Shown here piece by piece: positions 1 through 13,400 of a stretch of 64,000 nucleotides of DNA. Each line of letters begins with the position of its first letter. Position 1 is the first letter of the stretch. Under the pieces are notes generated by a model that worked only from the letters and a program-made list of their open reading frames with translations, had not been told where the DNA came from and searched no databases. Origin of the DNA: Chiloscyllium plagiosum (taxonomy: Eukaryota); contig NC_057718.1 of the NCBI RefSeq assembly GCF_004010195.1, positions 639,893 through 703,892 of the forward strand, given 5' to 3'. The translations under genes and the position numbers were made by a program.

Positions 1-2320
1 ATAGATTTCCTGACTTTCTTTGTCAGCCATGGCTGTCTAATCCCTCTCCGGATAATCTTTCTCTTCTTGGGGATGAACCTCAGTACAGTGTCCTCAATTT
101 TATCCACAAACTCCTGCCATTTTTGCTCTACTGTCTTCCCTGCTAGGCTCTGCTTCCAGTCTATTTTCGTCAGTTCCTCTCTCATGCCCTCGTAATTACC
201 TTTATTTAACTGTAACACCATTACATCCGATTTTGCCTTCTCTCTTTCAAACTGCAGACTGAACTCTACCATATTATGATTGCTGCTTCCTAAGTGTTCC
301 CTTACTTTAAGATCTTTTATAAAGTCTGGTTCATTACATAGCACTAGGTCCAGAATAGCCTGCTCCCTTGTGGGCTCCATGATAAGCTGTTCCAAAAAGC
401 CATCCTGTAAGCATTCCATGAATTCCTTTTCTTTGGATCCACTGGCTACGTTATTTATTCAGTCCACCTGCATATTGAAGTCTCCCATGATCACCGTGAC
501 ATTGCCTTTCTGATATGCCTTTTCTATTTCCCGGTACATGTTGCGCCCCTGGTCCTGACCACTGTTAGGAGATCTGTACATAACTCCCATTATGGTTTTT
601 TTTGCCTTTGTGGTTCCTCAATTCCACCCACACAGACTCTACATTATCCGACCCTATGTCGTTCAGTGCCATAGATTTAATTTTGTTCTTAACTAACAAG
701 GCCACCCCGCCCGCCTGCCCATCTCCCTGTCTTTTCGATAAGTTGTAAATCCTTAGATGTTTAACTGCCAGTCCTGAACCCCCTGCAACTATGTCTCTGT
801 GATGCCTACCACATCATAATCATTCACGATGATCTGTGCCGTTAGTTCATCTACTTTGTTACGATTGCTACGAGCATTCAGGTAAAGTGCCTTAATTCTA
901 ACTTTCTTATCATTGGAGATATTGGAAGCCATAAGATGTCCTAAGTTATCCTTTTTGTTGCATTCCTAATCTGCCTCAAGCTTAAATCCACCTGCATACA
1001 TGTTATCCTCCTGCTTATCTTTCCATTTAACTCCATACTTCCTGTCGCTTTCACTTTCCCTTCCCCCCCAACTCTGAAGTTTAAAGTTCTACTGACCACC
1101 CTATTTATCCTCTTCGCTAGAACATTGGTACCAGATCGGTTCAGGTGGAGACCGTCCCAACGGTACAGATCCCCCCAGTTCCAAAACTGATGCCAATGCC
1201 CCATGAAGTGGAATCCCTCTTTCTCACACCAATCCCTTAGCCACGTGTTTACTTCCCTAATTTTCTTATCCCTATGCCAATTGGCACGTGGCTCGGGCAG
1301 TAATCCGGATTTTATGACCCTTGAGGACCTGTGCTTCAATTTCCTTCCTAGTGCTCGACAATCCCCAAACAGGTCCTCCACCCTAGTCTTGCCTATGTTG
1401 TTAGTCCCAACGTGGACCACAACAACTGGATCCACCCCCTCCAGGTCCAATATCCTTTCAAGCCGGTCGGAGATGTCTCGCACCCTGGCACCGGGCAGGC
1501 AACACACCATGCGAGACTCCCGATCCGGCTTGCAAAGGATACTATCTGTCCCCCTAATTATACAATCCCCTATAACCACTACTTGTCTATTAGCTCCCCC
1601 CTCTTGAATGGCCTTCTGCACCATGGTGCCGTGGTCAGCTGGCTCATCCTGTCCAGAGCCCTTTTCCTCATCCGAACAGGGAGCAAGAATCTCGTACCTG
1701 TTGGACAAGGTCAAGGGCTGAGGCTCCTGCACTCCTGAACTCAGGTTCCCCCTACCTGCCTCTGAGCCGGAGTTCTTCCAGCAACCAACACTTGCTGCAG
1801 ATGTGGTCACTGCCATTCACAGTGGGAACAGCCATCTCCCACATCATACAGCTACAGCACATCACCTGCCCAGCCATCTCTGCTTAGTTAATTACTTTAT
1901 TACTTTGTATAAATTTCAGTTAAAATACTTTCTGATACCTGTCTGCTATAGTCTTTTTCTGAAAAAAGAATTAATAGATAAACCATAAAAAGTAAATTTT
2001 TAACCAATCCCCGTCACTTCCTCCGCTGCCCGCTATCGGTAAGTAATTTTAATAAAAACTGCCTTACCTTATCTGCAGTCTTCCGAGTTCGTCCTACCTC
2101 CACTGCTGCTCGCAATTAAAATGCTTGTCAAAGACTCCTGAGTTAAAGCCTCACTCTTCACTCCACAGGAACTTCCTTGGACCCTCTTTTTGGGGCAAGT
2201 CTGTGAACTTTTAATTTAGGGTAGAGAAGGAGGGTGAGAGGGAGGCCCTACTTTGTAGGACCTGGGGTCTAGAACACACCCACTCAAATAACAATCACTT
2301 ACCTTCTCGACCAGTTTGCG
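1..2320 (-). mobile_element. CR1 LINE 5' portion: 5' UTR, ORF1 with SGNH esterase domain, start of the ORF2 AP endonuclease (runs off the window)
   Basis: ORF 941-1816 has VVIGD.IIRG, VCCLPGA, VVHVGTNN, DGLHL; downstream on the minus strand LYLNARS..NKVDEL..GITET* with an in-frame stop; 5' boundary approximate. Confidence 0.88.
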
Positions 2321-2369
2321 GTTCAATGTCGCTTCCGCCCAGCACCCGCTACTCTCTGCTGCAAAACGC

Positions 2370-3180
2370 AGAAGCCCACCCCTCCAATCACAACAAGGGA
2401 AAACCCCCCCCAGTCCTCACATTCCACCCCACCAACCTCCAGATACAATGCAGCATCCTCCTCCACTTCCGTCACCTACAATCAGACCCCACCACCAGGG
2501 AGATATTTCCCTCCCCACCCATATCTACATTCCGCAGAGACCGTTCCCTCCACAGCTCCCTCATTATGTACACGCCCCCGACCAACCCACCCTCCAGTCC
2601 CAGTACTTTCCCCTGCCACAGCAAGAGGTGTAAAACCTACGCCCACACCTCCCCCCTCACCTCCATCCAAAGCCCCAAAGGATCCTTCTACATCAGGCAG
2701 AGATTTTCCTGCACATCCAAACACCTCAACTAGTGTGTCCATTGCACTCGATGTGGTCACCTCTACATTGGAGAGACAGGACGCCAACTTGCAGAATGTT
2801 TCAAAGAACATCTCCAGGAAACATGCACGAATCAACCCCACCGCCCTGTGGCCGAACACTTCGACTTCCCCCCCACTCCACCAAGGACATGCAAGTCCTG
2901 GGCCTCCTCCACTGCCAAATTCTGGTGACCTGATGCCTGGAGGAAGAATGTCTCATCTTCCACATTGATCCTGCATGGATGGAGTGGTCTGAATGTCGAT
3001 TTCACCAGTTTTCTCATCTCCCCCCCCCCCCCCAATCTTATCTCAGATCCAACCCTCCAATGAAGAGCTTACGCTGGAAACATTGACTCTCCTGTTCCTC
3101 TGATGCCGGATTAGAATGGTGCTGGAAAAGCACAGCAGTTCAGACCGGCTGTGCTTTTCCAGCACCACACTTTTTGACCA
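2370..3180 (+). mobile_element. PLE 3' fragment (Neptune-like, Cys-rich linker + GIY-YIG endonuclease) with terminal repeat remnant
   Basis: PVLTFHPTNLQIQ..FRHLQSDPTT..FRRDRSL, FPC..RCKT, decayed YC..C...YIGETGR; followed by a decayed hammerhead-type tail and a gctggaaaagcacagc / gctgtgcttttccagc inverted repeat. Confidence 0.85.
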
Positions 3181-3419
3181 TGCCATTCACAATCTTATAA
3201 ACTTCTATCAGGTTACCCCCCTCAACCTCCTGTGTTCCAGTGGAAACTAACCCAATCCATCCAAACTTTCTTCATAGCTCAAATTCCCCCATTACAGGCA
3301 ACATCCTGGTAAACCTTTTCTGTACCCTCTCCCAAGCATCCACATCCTTCGGCTAGTATGGTGACCAGATCTGTGTGCAATATTCCAAATGTGGCCTAAC
3401 TAAAGTTCTAAAGTTCAGT

Positions 3420-4055
3420 GAGTTTCTGGTGAAGTGCTGGTGTTATTTCCCGCTTTCTATTTATGTGCTAAGGTTTCCTTGGGCTGGTGTGTCATTTCTT
3501 GTGTTGGTAATGTCATTTCTTTTTCTCAGAGGGTGGGAGATGGGGTCCAAGTCAATGTGTTTGTTGAGAAGAGTTTCAGTTGGAATGCCATGCTTCTGGG
3601 AACTCTCATGCGTGTGTCTGTTTGGCTTGTCCTAGGATGGATTTGTTGTCCCAGTCAAAGTGGTGTCCTTCCTTACCTGTATGTAAGGATACTAGTGAGG
3701 GTGGGTCATGTCTTTTTGTGGCTAGTTGATGTTCATGTATCCTGGTGACTAGTTTTCTGCCTGTTTGTCCAATGTAGTGTTTGTTACAGTTCTTGCACGG
3801 TATTTTGTAGATTACATTAATTTTGCTTATTGTTTTAAGTCCATTAGCTGCTGTTTTAGTGTGTTGGTCGGTTTGTGGGCTACCGTGATGCCAAGAGGTC
3901 TGATTAGTCTGCCAATCATTTCCGAAATGTCTTTGATGTAGTTGCTAGGGTTTCTGGGCACATTTTGTCTCCTTGTTTGGGTTTGTTACGGAGAAATCGG
4001 CAGGCTGTATTTATTGGGTACCTGTTCTTTTTGAATTTGCTATATAGGTATTTCC
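3420..4055 (-). mobile_element. PLE (Poseidon-like) 3' fragment
   Basis: Reverse strand encodes a decayed YKIPCKNCNKHYIGQTGRKL GIY-YIG region; homologous to 17030-18310 and 57935-58910. Confidence 0.85.
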
Positions 4056-4074
4056 TGTATAGTTATATTTCCCC

Positions 4075-5735
4075 AATTTCCACCTGGACTTGACCTTCCA
4101 AAATGCATCACCTCACTTTTGTCTGGGTTAAATTTCATCTGCCACTTTTCTGCCTATGTCTCCCACTAAGTTATATCCAGCTGTATCCTCTGACAATCCT
4201 TTTCACTATCCAAAACTTTACCAATACTAAGGAAGAAAGTTTTAGGTTACCAGACAGAAATAAACTGGTTGGTTAGATGGGCAGATCAGTGGCAGATGGA
4301 ATTTAACCCTGATAAATGTGAAGTAGTGCACTTTAGAAGAAGTAACAAGACAAGGGAGTACTCCATGAATAGCAAGACACTGGGAAGCTTGGAGGAATAA
4401 TGGAATCTTGGGGTGCTTGTCCATAGGTCCCTTAAGTCAGCAGAACAGATCAATTATGATGATTTTAAGAATGCGTACAGGATACTTGCCTTTATCAGTC
4501 CTAGCATAGATTGTAAGAGCAGGAAGGTCATATTGGAGCTGTACAGAACTTTGGTTAGGCCACAGTTGGACTAGTGTGTATATTTTTGGTTAGCCCACTA
4601 TGGGAATGATGTGATTGCACTGAACGGGGTAAACTGGAGATTCACCAAGCTGTTGCCTGGGTTGAGGACTTTAGCTCTGAAAGGAAGCTGGATGGAGTTG
4701 GGTTGTTTTCATTGCAGAGAGAGCTGAGGGGGGCCAATTATGGTATATAAAGTTGAGGTGCATGGATCAGACACAGCTGTTCCCCTTGTTTAAAGGGTCA
4801 GTAATGAGGGTCTTATTTTAAGGTGAAGGGCAGAAGGTTTAGAGGGGATTTGAGGCAAGAATATTTTCACTGACTTTGTTGGGGATCTAGGATGCACTGC
4901 CTGGGAGGGCAGTTGAGACAGGAAATCTCAGCCTTTAAAATGTACAAGGCTTGAAATGTCATAAAATTCAATTGTCAGCAAGTAGACAGAGTACATTGAA
5001 CTATGGTGGGGGGCGTAGAAGTGGCGATGTCAGGAGTGGAGGAGAAGAAAAAGAGAGGTGAGCAGATAGGTAGAGCCCACTGAAAGATCTGAAAAGGACG
5101 AGTAAACAAGGAAAAAATGGATAACAGGCCAGGATAGAGGAAAAGCTGAATGAATATGACATAATAAGAGGAACAATCACCAAGAGATTGAGGAATAAAT
5201 TTGTAGGCAGATTATGGAAAACAAATGGCAAGTCATAGAGGTTGACTTGAACTTTCCCAACATTGTCTGGGACCCTCTTAGAGCAAGAGGCTGAGACAGG
5301 GCAGAAATTAAGTGCATCCAAGAGGGTTTCTTGAAACAGTATGTGGACAGTCCAAGTAGAGGAAAGGCCATACTGGACTTTGTACTGGCTAATGAGTCTG
5401 GCCAGGTGACTGACCTTTTAGTGGGAGAGCATTTTGGAAAAATGATCACAACTCCTTAAGTTTTAAGATAGCTATAAATAAGAATAAGTTAGTACCTTGT
5501 GCAAGGTATTAAGTTAGTGGAGGGCAAATTACGTCAATATTAGGCAGGAGCTCGGGAATGTTAATTGGGAGGAGCTGTTCTCAGGCAAGTCCACATTTGG
5601 CATGTGGGAACTATTTCAAGACCTGCCGATCAGAGTCCAGGACCGACATGTTCCAGTAAGGGACAAGGCAAGGTAATGGACCCTTGGACAATGAGGTTAT
5701 GAATTTAGTCAAAAGAAAAAAAGCATTTGTAAAGT
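4075..5735. mobile_element. Cluster of decayed CR1 ORF2 fragments in both orientations
   Basis: WQMEFNPDKCEVVHF, LYRTLVRP, FLKQYVDSP.RGKAILD.VL motifs. Confidence 0.8.
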
Positions 5736-6079
5736 TAGCATGCTCCACACTAATCTCACTATCCTCTATGTCCTTCTCCTGAGTGAATACTAATGCAAAT
5801 ACTCATTTAGGATCTCACGTCAGTGTGTATTGGTGGCCAGCCTATTCCGAGAAATGAAAACAGATCTCAAAGAGAGGAAAAGAGGAGTGCGAGATGGACC
5901 CAGTGAAGATGAGGGCAGGGTGGAAATTGGAAGCAAAATAGATAAAAAAAATTCCAATTTCAAACAAGAGGGAAGCAGCACTAAGCATGTATCGAAGAAA
6001 GAATTGTGGAACCAAATTAGTTTGGAACAAGGAATGTTCCACGTACCTCTCAAATAGATAGGTATAACCCGGGCCGGTA

Positions 6080-6700
6080 TGGGTAGCCAGGGTCACAATT
6101 ATCTCTGCTGCCTTGCTCCAGCAAGCAATTCCATATCTAATACATTTGCCAATTCTATCAGCTTGACATTTGTTAGATCTTGTAAAACTGTCAGGAGTAC
6201 CTATTCCAACTGTACATTGATTTTGTTTGATACTAATACCAGTTTATTTTAGTTTGAAAAACCCGGTGTCTGTCCTGTTATTCTTTACCAATTAATCTTA
6301 GTCTAAGTACAGTCTCACATCTTCATTCGAAAATCCTGCTGTAAGCCCCAATATTTTGGAGTGACTCAATTGAGAACCACATGTATAATTAAGCTTTAAT
6401 ATGCCAGAAGCCCTCACAATATGAAAATACTCATTAAACCATTGTAATAATCAATTTGCCTGTCTGACTGCTATTCAGGACATCAGGTTTTGTCATTAAC
6501 AGGAGAAAAACAATTTATTTTAAGCATTTTGATAAATGGCAAACAAAATAGATCACTAATTGCTACTATGCAACTTAAACCGTAACCCTTCAAAACATCA
6601 AACAGAACTTTCATTTGTGGAAAAAAAGACAAAAACAGATGGCTTAACACATATGTGTTTTTAAAAAAAGACAAGGAAAAGCAATTTCTGTAGATCATGA
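6080..6700 (-). mobile_element. Possible decayed LTR retroelement remnant (LTR, PBS-like site, start of gag)
   Basis: Reverse-strand TGGGGCTTACAGCAGGATT (6332-6350) resembles a tRNA-Pro primer-binding site, followed by a LQDLTNVKLIELANVL gag-like peptide. Confidence 0.35.
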
Positions 6701-7280
6701 GACCAGACCTCAGCGGTGAGCTATGTCAGTTCTTTTGATTTTTAAATAATGCTGACACAGTATTGTCTACAGAGTGATGGTCAATCTTTGATTCAGTAAC
6801 TGGACCTAGGGCTTGCCTGGTATTAGAATTCTTTCTTTTCAGGGTCTTCGAGTTTTGTCTTTTACACTTTGAGAAAAATGGTGAGAGGTGATTCCTGATT
6901 GCAGTATATTGGATGTCTCTGAGTACATTATACTCAGGTTTGTACTGTGCTACAGCTGGATCAATTTGAAGTCTGACATTAGGTTTGGTGCCAGTCTGAC
7001 ACTCTGCCTCTGAAAAGCAGCATGACCTTGTGCAGCTAAAGTGTACACATCATCTCACTTGATCTTCAAGTTTCGAAAACTTTCCTAGTACTTGTAGTTA
7101 TATGACCGTGTTCAATTTTCATTTTCCAACCCAAAAGAAAGCTATGTGGTACGTTACACATTGAATTTAAATTGAAGTTCAAGATTTGATATTTAATATT
7201 TTCTTCTCAAGTCGATCACTGAATTGGCTGCTGTTTGCACATTGTGACCAACTTAAATGAGTTATACCTTTTCATTTCAG

Positions 7281-7444
7281 CTTCAGAAGGGGAAGCAGAT
7301 TCAGTTTAAGAGAATAGAGAATTTTCTCAGAGACTCCAGGCAAAAATACCGTGATGAAGTGCGTTTTACTCGAATGGCAAAGAAACCGAGTGAGGCCAAA
7401 ATGCTGCCTGAACAGAAGTTGGGTTTCGCAGTGAGGCTTAGACC
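7281..7444 (+). CDS. RPL7L1: Ribosomal protein uL30-like RPL7L1, internal coding exon (first one visible in the window)
   Basis: ttttcatttcAG acceptor, GTGAGT donor; encodes LQKGKQIQFKRIENFLRDSRQKYRDEVRF...LGFAVRLR, resembling vertebrate RPL7L1; phase 2 joins the next exon in frame. Confidence 0.92.
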
Positions 7445-8251
7445 GTGAGTAACTTACAGGGATAAGAAATTTCTACCATTTATTTGGTAACTTTCTGACA
7501 TTACTAGCTTGGTAATCATTAATATACAACGTAAATATAAATGTTATAAAAATATGTTCCAACCATCCGGATAGTTCAAGGTACCAATTAGATCAGCCAC
7601 AATCTTGCTAAGTGGCCTACTTTTCTCCTACGCCTTATGATCTTGTACGTCCTGTTTTAAAGAAAAAGACCATAACTGTGCTGGCTGTCATTAAGACTGA
7701 CTTCACAGTTATAATTGTAAGAGCAGGAGGGAGGGAACCTGTGATTGTAGTTCAAGAAGCAGCTATTCTGGATGGTCAGTTAAATGCATTCAATCTAGAT
7801 TTTTGTAAAAACCAGTCTCAAATCATTTTCCTGATAGGTTTATTCACTTACCAATCAACCCAGTGTCTCAGCAGTTCTTTTTTAAATTTTTTAAATGATC
7901 CTGACACTAATGTCACATTGTGGCACTCCTCTGTAGCAAATGGGACTGAAGTAGGGACACTACTACCATTGCACCACAAGACTTAGCAGTCTCTTTTAAA
8001 CTTTCTGTTGATACATTGAGGAATTAACAAATGAATACTTAATTAACTTTTAAAAATTAATCTTTAAGGAAGTACTGTAACAAAATTTAAATCTTGAAAG
8101 AAAACTTTGAAAATTAATATGTCTTTTCCAGGAGAAATGATGTATTCCAGTCCCATGGTGCCCAGTGCTCACAGATGGTTATCAGTGTGTGCTCTCACTG
8201 CAGAAGAGGCGCTGACTGTCAGATTGAATAATGTTTTCCATGGCACAAGGC

Positions 8252-8438
8252 CTAACCATATTAATGGCTTTTTAGTCAAGCCCAGGAGCAAATCCTTTCT
8301 TAACAACCCCTTAGTTGAAACTTTATTGCTGGAACAGCACAGCAGGTCAGGCAGCATCCAGGGAACAGGAGATTCGACTAACCATATTAATGGCTTTTTA
8401 GTCAAGCCCAGGAGCAAATCCTTTCTTAACAACCCCTT
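8252..8438. repeat. Perfect 61-bp direct duplication (8252-8312, 8378-8438) flanking a 65-bp PLE terminal-repeat fragment
   Basis: Two identical copies of ctaaccatattaatgg...aacaacccctt; the spacer contains gctggaacagcacagcaggtcaggcagcatcc. Confidence 0.95.
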
Positions 8439-9322
8439 GTACTTACCTCTTCCTTCCTTTTGCTGACCCCCTTTATTCTGCCCTCTTGCTTCACACCATC
8501 TTGCTCTGCCCACCTATTACTCTATCCCCTCGCTTATACTGTTTTGATCTGCCTCTGACTCTTCATCTTTCTCCACTCTTCTGTCTGCTGATCACTTTGG
8601 GTGACACCATGTCTTTTTCTGACTATCTCTTACTAACCCCAACCTGCCACTCCTCTATAACATGTGCGTAATTCTACATCTTACATTTTCAGACGTCTGC
8701 ATCTTACCGTTAATTTTCGGATATTTATCTTTGACTGTTTTTACCTCTGATTGCTGCCACGTGTCCATTTGACCGTTCATGTCTGTGCTGCTGTCCTCAA
8801 TTTACATAAAGGACAATTTAACTTGTGATCTCTCCCAGTCTTCTCCCCTTCTCACTTTATCCAAATCTCAATCCAATTTCCTAATCCCCTAATTGAACCT
8901 ACCTCCAGCAGACTTTTAATTGTCACATCCTCGCCCCTAATCACAACTTCATCGTGAATACACTTTTGTACAGGATGCCATGTTTCTTTATTAATTTTTA
9001 AAAAAAATCTTTCCTCACTAGTTCTTGCGTGTTCCATCAATAAGGAACAATGTTTTCCCCACATATGCTAGCCAGACATCTCATTATTTTGAGTGCTTTT
9101 ATCAAATCTCCTTTCAGTGTTCTCCAAGGAAAACAGTCTAAATCCCTCCAGTCTATTTACATAATGAAGTCCTTTGTCCCTGGGACCCTTCTTGTCAATT
9201 TTTTCTGCACCACGTCTAGAGTAACAATTCTGTGATTCTAAGCTTGTATATTGGATGCAAAGCTATTAATGAAAAATGATTGATCTTTAATTTAGTGAGC
9301 TAAATTTGTTTGTATTCACCAG

Positions 9323-9460
9323 GATTAATGGGGTCAGTCCAAAGGTAACGAAAATTATTCAAATGTTGCGACTCCGTCAACTCTACAATGGCTCTTTTGT
9401 CAAACTGAACGAGAAATCATTGAAAATGCTGAAGATGGTGGAGCCTTATGTTGCCTGGGG
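9323..9460 (+). CDS. RPL7L1: RPL7L1 internal coding exon (138 nt; not in the ORF track)
   Basis: attcaccAG acceptor, GTAAGG donor; encodes [46 protein letters not shown] (uL30 family LRL..NG.FVKL and VEPYV.WG motifs). Confidence 0.95.
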
Positions 9461-10469
9461 GTAAGGATTGTCAATCAACAGATTCAAAAAAGAAATACGT
9501 TTGTTTCTGATGAAAAGCGGGATAAAGGGCTGTGAAGAAGATGCAGGAGAGTGGAGTTGAGACCTTAGTAAGATCACCCATGATGATGTTAAATGGTGGA
9601 GCCGTCTGAATGGACTGAATTGCCTGCTCCCACTCCTAATTCCTGTGTTCCACTGTCAATCTGACCCATTATGTTACATATCAGAGACTCCATAACAAAG
9701 GATCTCTTAGTCAATGAATGGTATATTTGGCTCAGTGTAAGATTGTCTTACAAATGGGAAGGCAAATTTGAGTCGGAAAATAGTTGACTGTTAACTGTCC
9801 TCTACATGGCCTACCAAGCCATTCAGTTGTATGAAATTGCTACAAAGTCCCACGAAGGAATTAAACCATTTGGTCCACCTGGCATCAACTTTGATGCAAG
9901 GGCAAATCAGGCCTTGTTGATAGTCCTCTTCATGACTATCTGGGCACTTGTGCCAAAATTGGAAGAAATGTTCCACAGACTAGTTAAGCACCAGCTTGAT
10001 ATTGTGAGTATAATTATTAGACATCACTATACCCCCAGAGGAAGGAGCTGCCCTGAGAGTCTTCCACATTGACTCTGACTCTAGGCCCAGTGAAGTTTCA
10101 TAGCATCAGGTAAATGTGAACAAAGTAACTTCAGGCTGATTACAATGCACTCTTCCCTCAGTTAATGAATCAGTGCTCCTCAACCATCCTAAATGGGATA
10201 GATTTTGAATCTTCTGGCTGAGGCTGCCATACAGGTCTGGCCTTTTGAACCTTGCCCCTGGCCTGAACATGGTGACTCTCAGGTTAAACTCACCACTAGT
10301 ACTCTCTTTGAATGAGCAGCTATGGTTTGCTGGCATTAAAGCTACATTAGACTTCATCAGATCAAAACTGTGCACCTACAAGGTGCTATGGACTTCTTCC
10401 TAAGGATGCAAGTACTGAATTGAAGGAGGTGAACTGTGAAATTCCTGAGTTGATTGGCATAAGAAGTGA

Positions 10470-13400
10470 GGAGGGATTGGAGTTTTGGTGGGTTTAAAAG
10501 TAGACATATCCCTAGGTCCAGATGAATTGTTTCCCAAGTTGTTGTGAAAGACAAGGGAGAAAATAACAAGGTCCCTAATTACCAGAGCAGGTACCAGAGG
10601 AATCGAGGACAGCTGATGTGATATTACTTTACAAAAAGGGTGGTAGAGGTAGACCAGGGAATTATGGCACTGTGAATTTCTTACCAGTGGCAGGGAAACT
10701 ATTGGAGAAAATCACGAGGGGAAATAATTAATCCCCATTTTAGAAGGTGAGTTTGATCAAGGATAGACTGCGTGGTTTTGTCAGAATGGAGGTCATGCCT
10801 AACGTATTTGACTGTATCTTTCAAGAAGTTGACTGAGTGTGTAGATGAGGGTAGGGCAGTTGATACAGTTTATATGGATTTCAGCAAAGTCTTTGACAAA
10901 GTCCCAAATGGAAAACTGATAAAGAAGGCAAAAGCACGTGGGATCCAAAGTAACTTGGCAGGGTGGATCCAAAATTAGCTTAATGGCAAGAAACAATGTG
11001 GTAGTGAAAGGCTGTTTGTGTGACTGGAGGCTGGTGTCCAGTAACATTCCATGTGGATCAATGCTGGGCCCGTTATTGTTTGTGATGTTCATGACAATGT
11101 GGCGGGGCGATGGTAAGTTTGTCGATGAAATCTACAATAGTCTGTAGAGTGGGCTCTTTTTGGTTCTGTCTCTTGATTAAAATTTAAAAATATAAAACAT
11201 AGGTACTAAGTCAGCCTAGAGCAGGGGTTTTTAGAACAATAAGATTGTGCTATTTTCTGGATCTATAGATTGCTAAGGTGGAAAGATGGCCTTTGGTTGA
11301 GTGCTCTTTCTGTCAGATGTGGTAGATTAGGGAGAGTTTCTATGTGACTGATGATTATGTTTGTAAAGAGTATGTTTATTGCAAATCCTATCAGATTGCA
11401 TGGATCAGTTGGAGGCAATGAGGAACTTGTATGAGCTCAGAGGTGTGATGGATGGCAGTTGGTGGAAGGGAGAAAAACTGCAGATACACAGTCAGGTAAA
11501 AGGGTTATCCCTAGGATAGGTAGGAGAAGGAGGCAGGTAGTGAATGAGTCTCCTGCAGCTATTCCCAAGTCAGCTAGGTTTACTTGCTGAATTGGAAGGT
11601 TCATTTCCAGATGTTTCATCACTCTACTAGGTAACATCTTCAGTGGGCCTCAGGCGAAGCACTGCTGATAAATTCCTGTCTTCTATTTATATGTTTGGGT
11701 TTCTTTGGGTTGATGATGACATTTCCTGTGGTGATGTCACTTCCTGTTCTTTTTCTCAGGGGGTGGTCGATGGGGTCGAACTCTTATGTGTTTGTTGATA
11801 GATTTCCGGTTGGAATGCCATGCTACAAGGAATTCTCGTGTGTCTCTCTGTTTGGCTTGTCCTAGTATGGATGTTTTGTCCCAGTCGAAGTGAGGGTAGG
11901 AATGGGAAGACGAAGCAGCTGAATGTGTGGCTGAGAAGCTGGTGCAGGGGAGAAGAATTCACATTTTTGGATCTTTGGAATCTCTCCTGGGATAAAAGTG
12001 ACCTGTATAAGAAGGATAAATTGTACCTGGATATACTGGCAGGGAGGTTTGCTAGAACTGCTTGGGAGGATTTAACCTAGTACAGTTGGGAGGGGTGGGA
12101 TCCAAGGAGATAGTGAGGAAAGAAATCAGTCTCGGACTGGTACAGTTGGGAAAAGGAGCAAGTCAAACAGTCAGGGCAGGGAGCAACGCAAGGAATGAGT
12201 TAAGATTGATAAATTAAATTGCACTTATTCAATGCAAGAGGCCTAACAGGGAAGGCACATGAACTCGGGGCATGGTTAGAAACATGGGACTGGGATATCA
12301 CAGAAATTACTGAAACATGACTCAAGGATGGACAGGACTGGCAGCTGAATGTTCCAGGATACAAATGAACAATAGAATCGGGTGCAAGAGAGGAGGGGGA
12401 GTGGCATTTTTGACAAGGGATAGCATTACATCTGTACTTTGGGAGGATATTCCTGGGAATACGTCCAGGCAAGTTATTTGGGTGGAACTGACAAACAAGA
12501 AAGGGATGATCACCTTATTGGGATTGTATTATCGACCACCTCAATAGTCAGTGAGAAATTGAGAAGGAAATTTGTAAGGAGATCTCCGTTATCGGTAATA
12601 ATAATAGGGTGATTATGGTAGGCAATTTTAACTTTCCAAACATGGACTGGGACTGCCATAGTGTTAAGAGTTTAGATTGAGAGGAATTTCTGTACAAGAG
12701 AAATTTTTGATTCAGCATGTGGATGTACCAATTAGAGAAGGTGCAAAACCTGACCTATTCTTGGGAAATAAGGCAGGGCAGTTGCAGAGCCCCTTGGGCC
12801 AGTGACCATAATTCTGAGTTTTTAAATAGTAATGGAAAAGGATATACTGGATCTAACTGTTGGTTAGATCCTGAAGAAGGGCTTATGCCCGAAACGTCGA
12901 TTCTCCTGTTCCTTGGATGCTGCCTGACCTGCTGCGCTTTTCCAGCAACACATTTTCAGCTTCCTGTCAATGTCCCATTGCAACCTACAACAGCCCTCCA
13001 CACTACCCACAACTCCATCAACCTTCTCATATGTTACGTCTTTCATTGCTGGGATCTTTCTTGTGAATCTCCCCTGGACCCGCTCCAAGATTGTTCACAG
13101 TACTCTCAAAATGGTCTGGTCAGAGCCTTATAAAGCCTCAGAAGTGCATCCCTGCGTTTATATTCTAATTCTCTAAAAATGAATGACAACATTGTACTTG
13201 CCTTCCTAACTACCAACTCAACCTGCAAGTTTATCTTAAAGAGAATCCTGGACTCGGACTCCCAAATCACTTTGTGCTTCAGACTCCTGGATTTTCTGGT
13301 CATTTAGAAAATAGTCCATGCTTCTATTCTTCCTACCAAAGTTCATGACCTCACACTTTCCCATTTGTAAAACTCACACAACAAGAACATTCTGCACCCT

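Noticed and set aside
8130..8230. Possible intronic C/D box snoRNA in a ribosomal-protein-like host gene
   Set aside because: ATGATGT is not a full box C, and no terminal stem brackets it with the downstream CTGA
8252..8438. CRISPR-like repeat-spacer unit
   Set aside because: Only two repeats, eukaryotic context, and the spacer is a retroelement fragment
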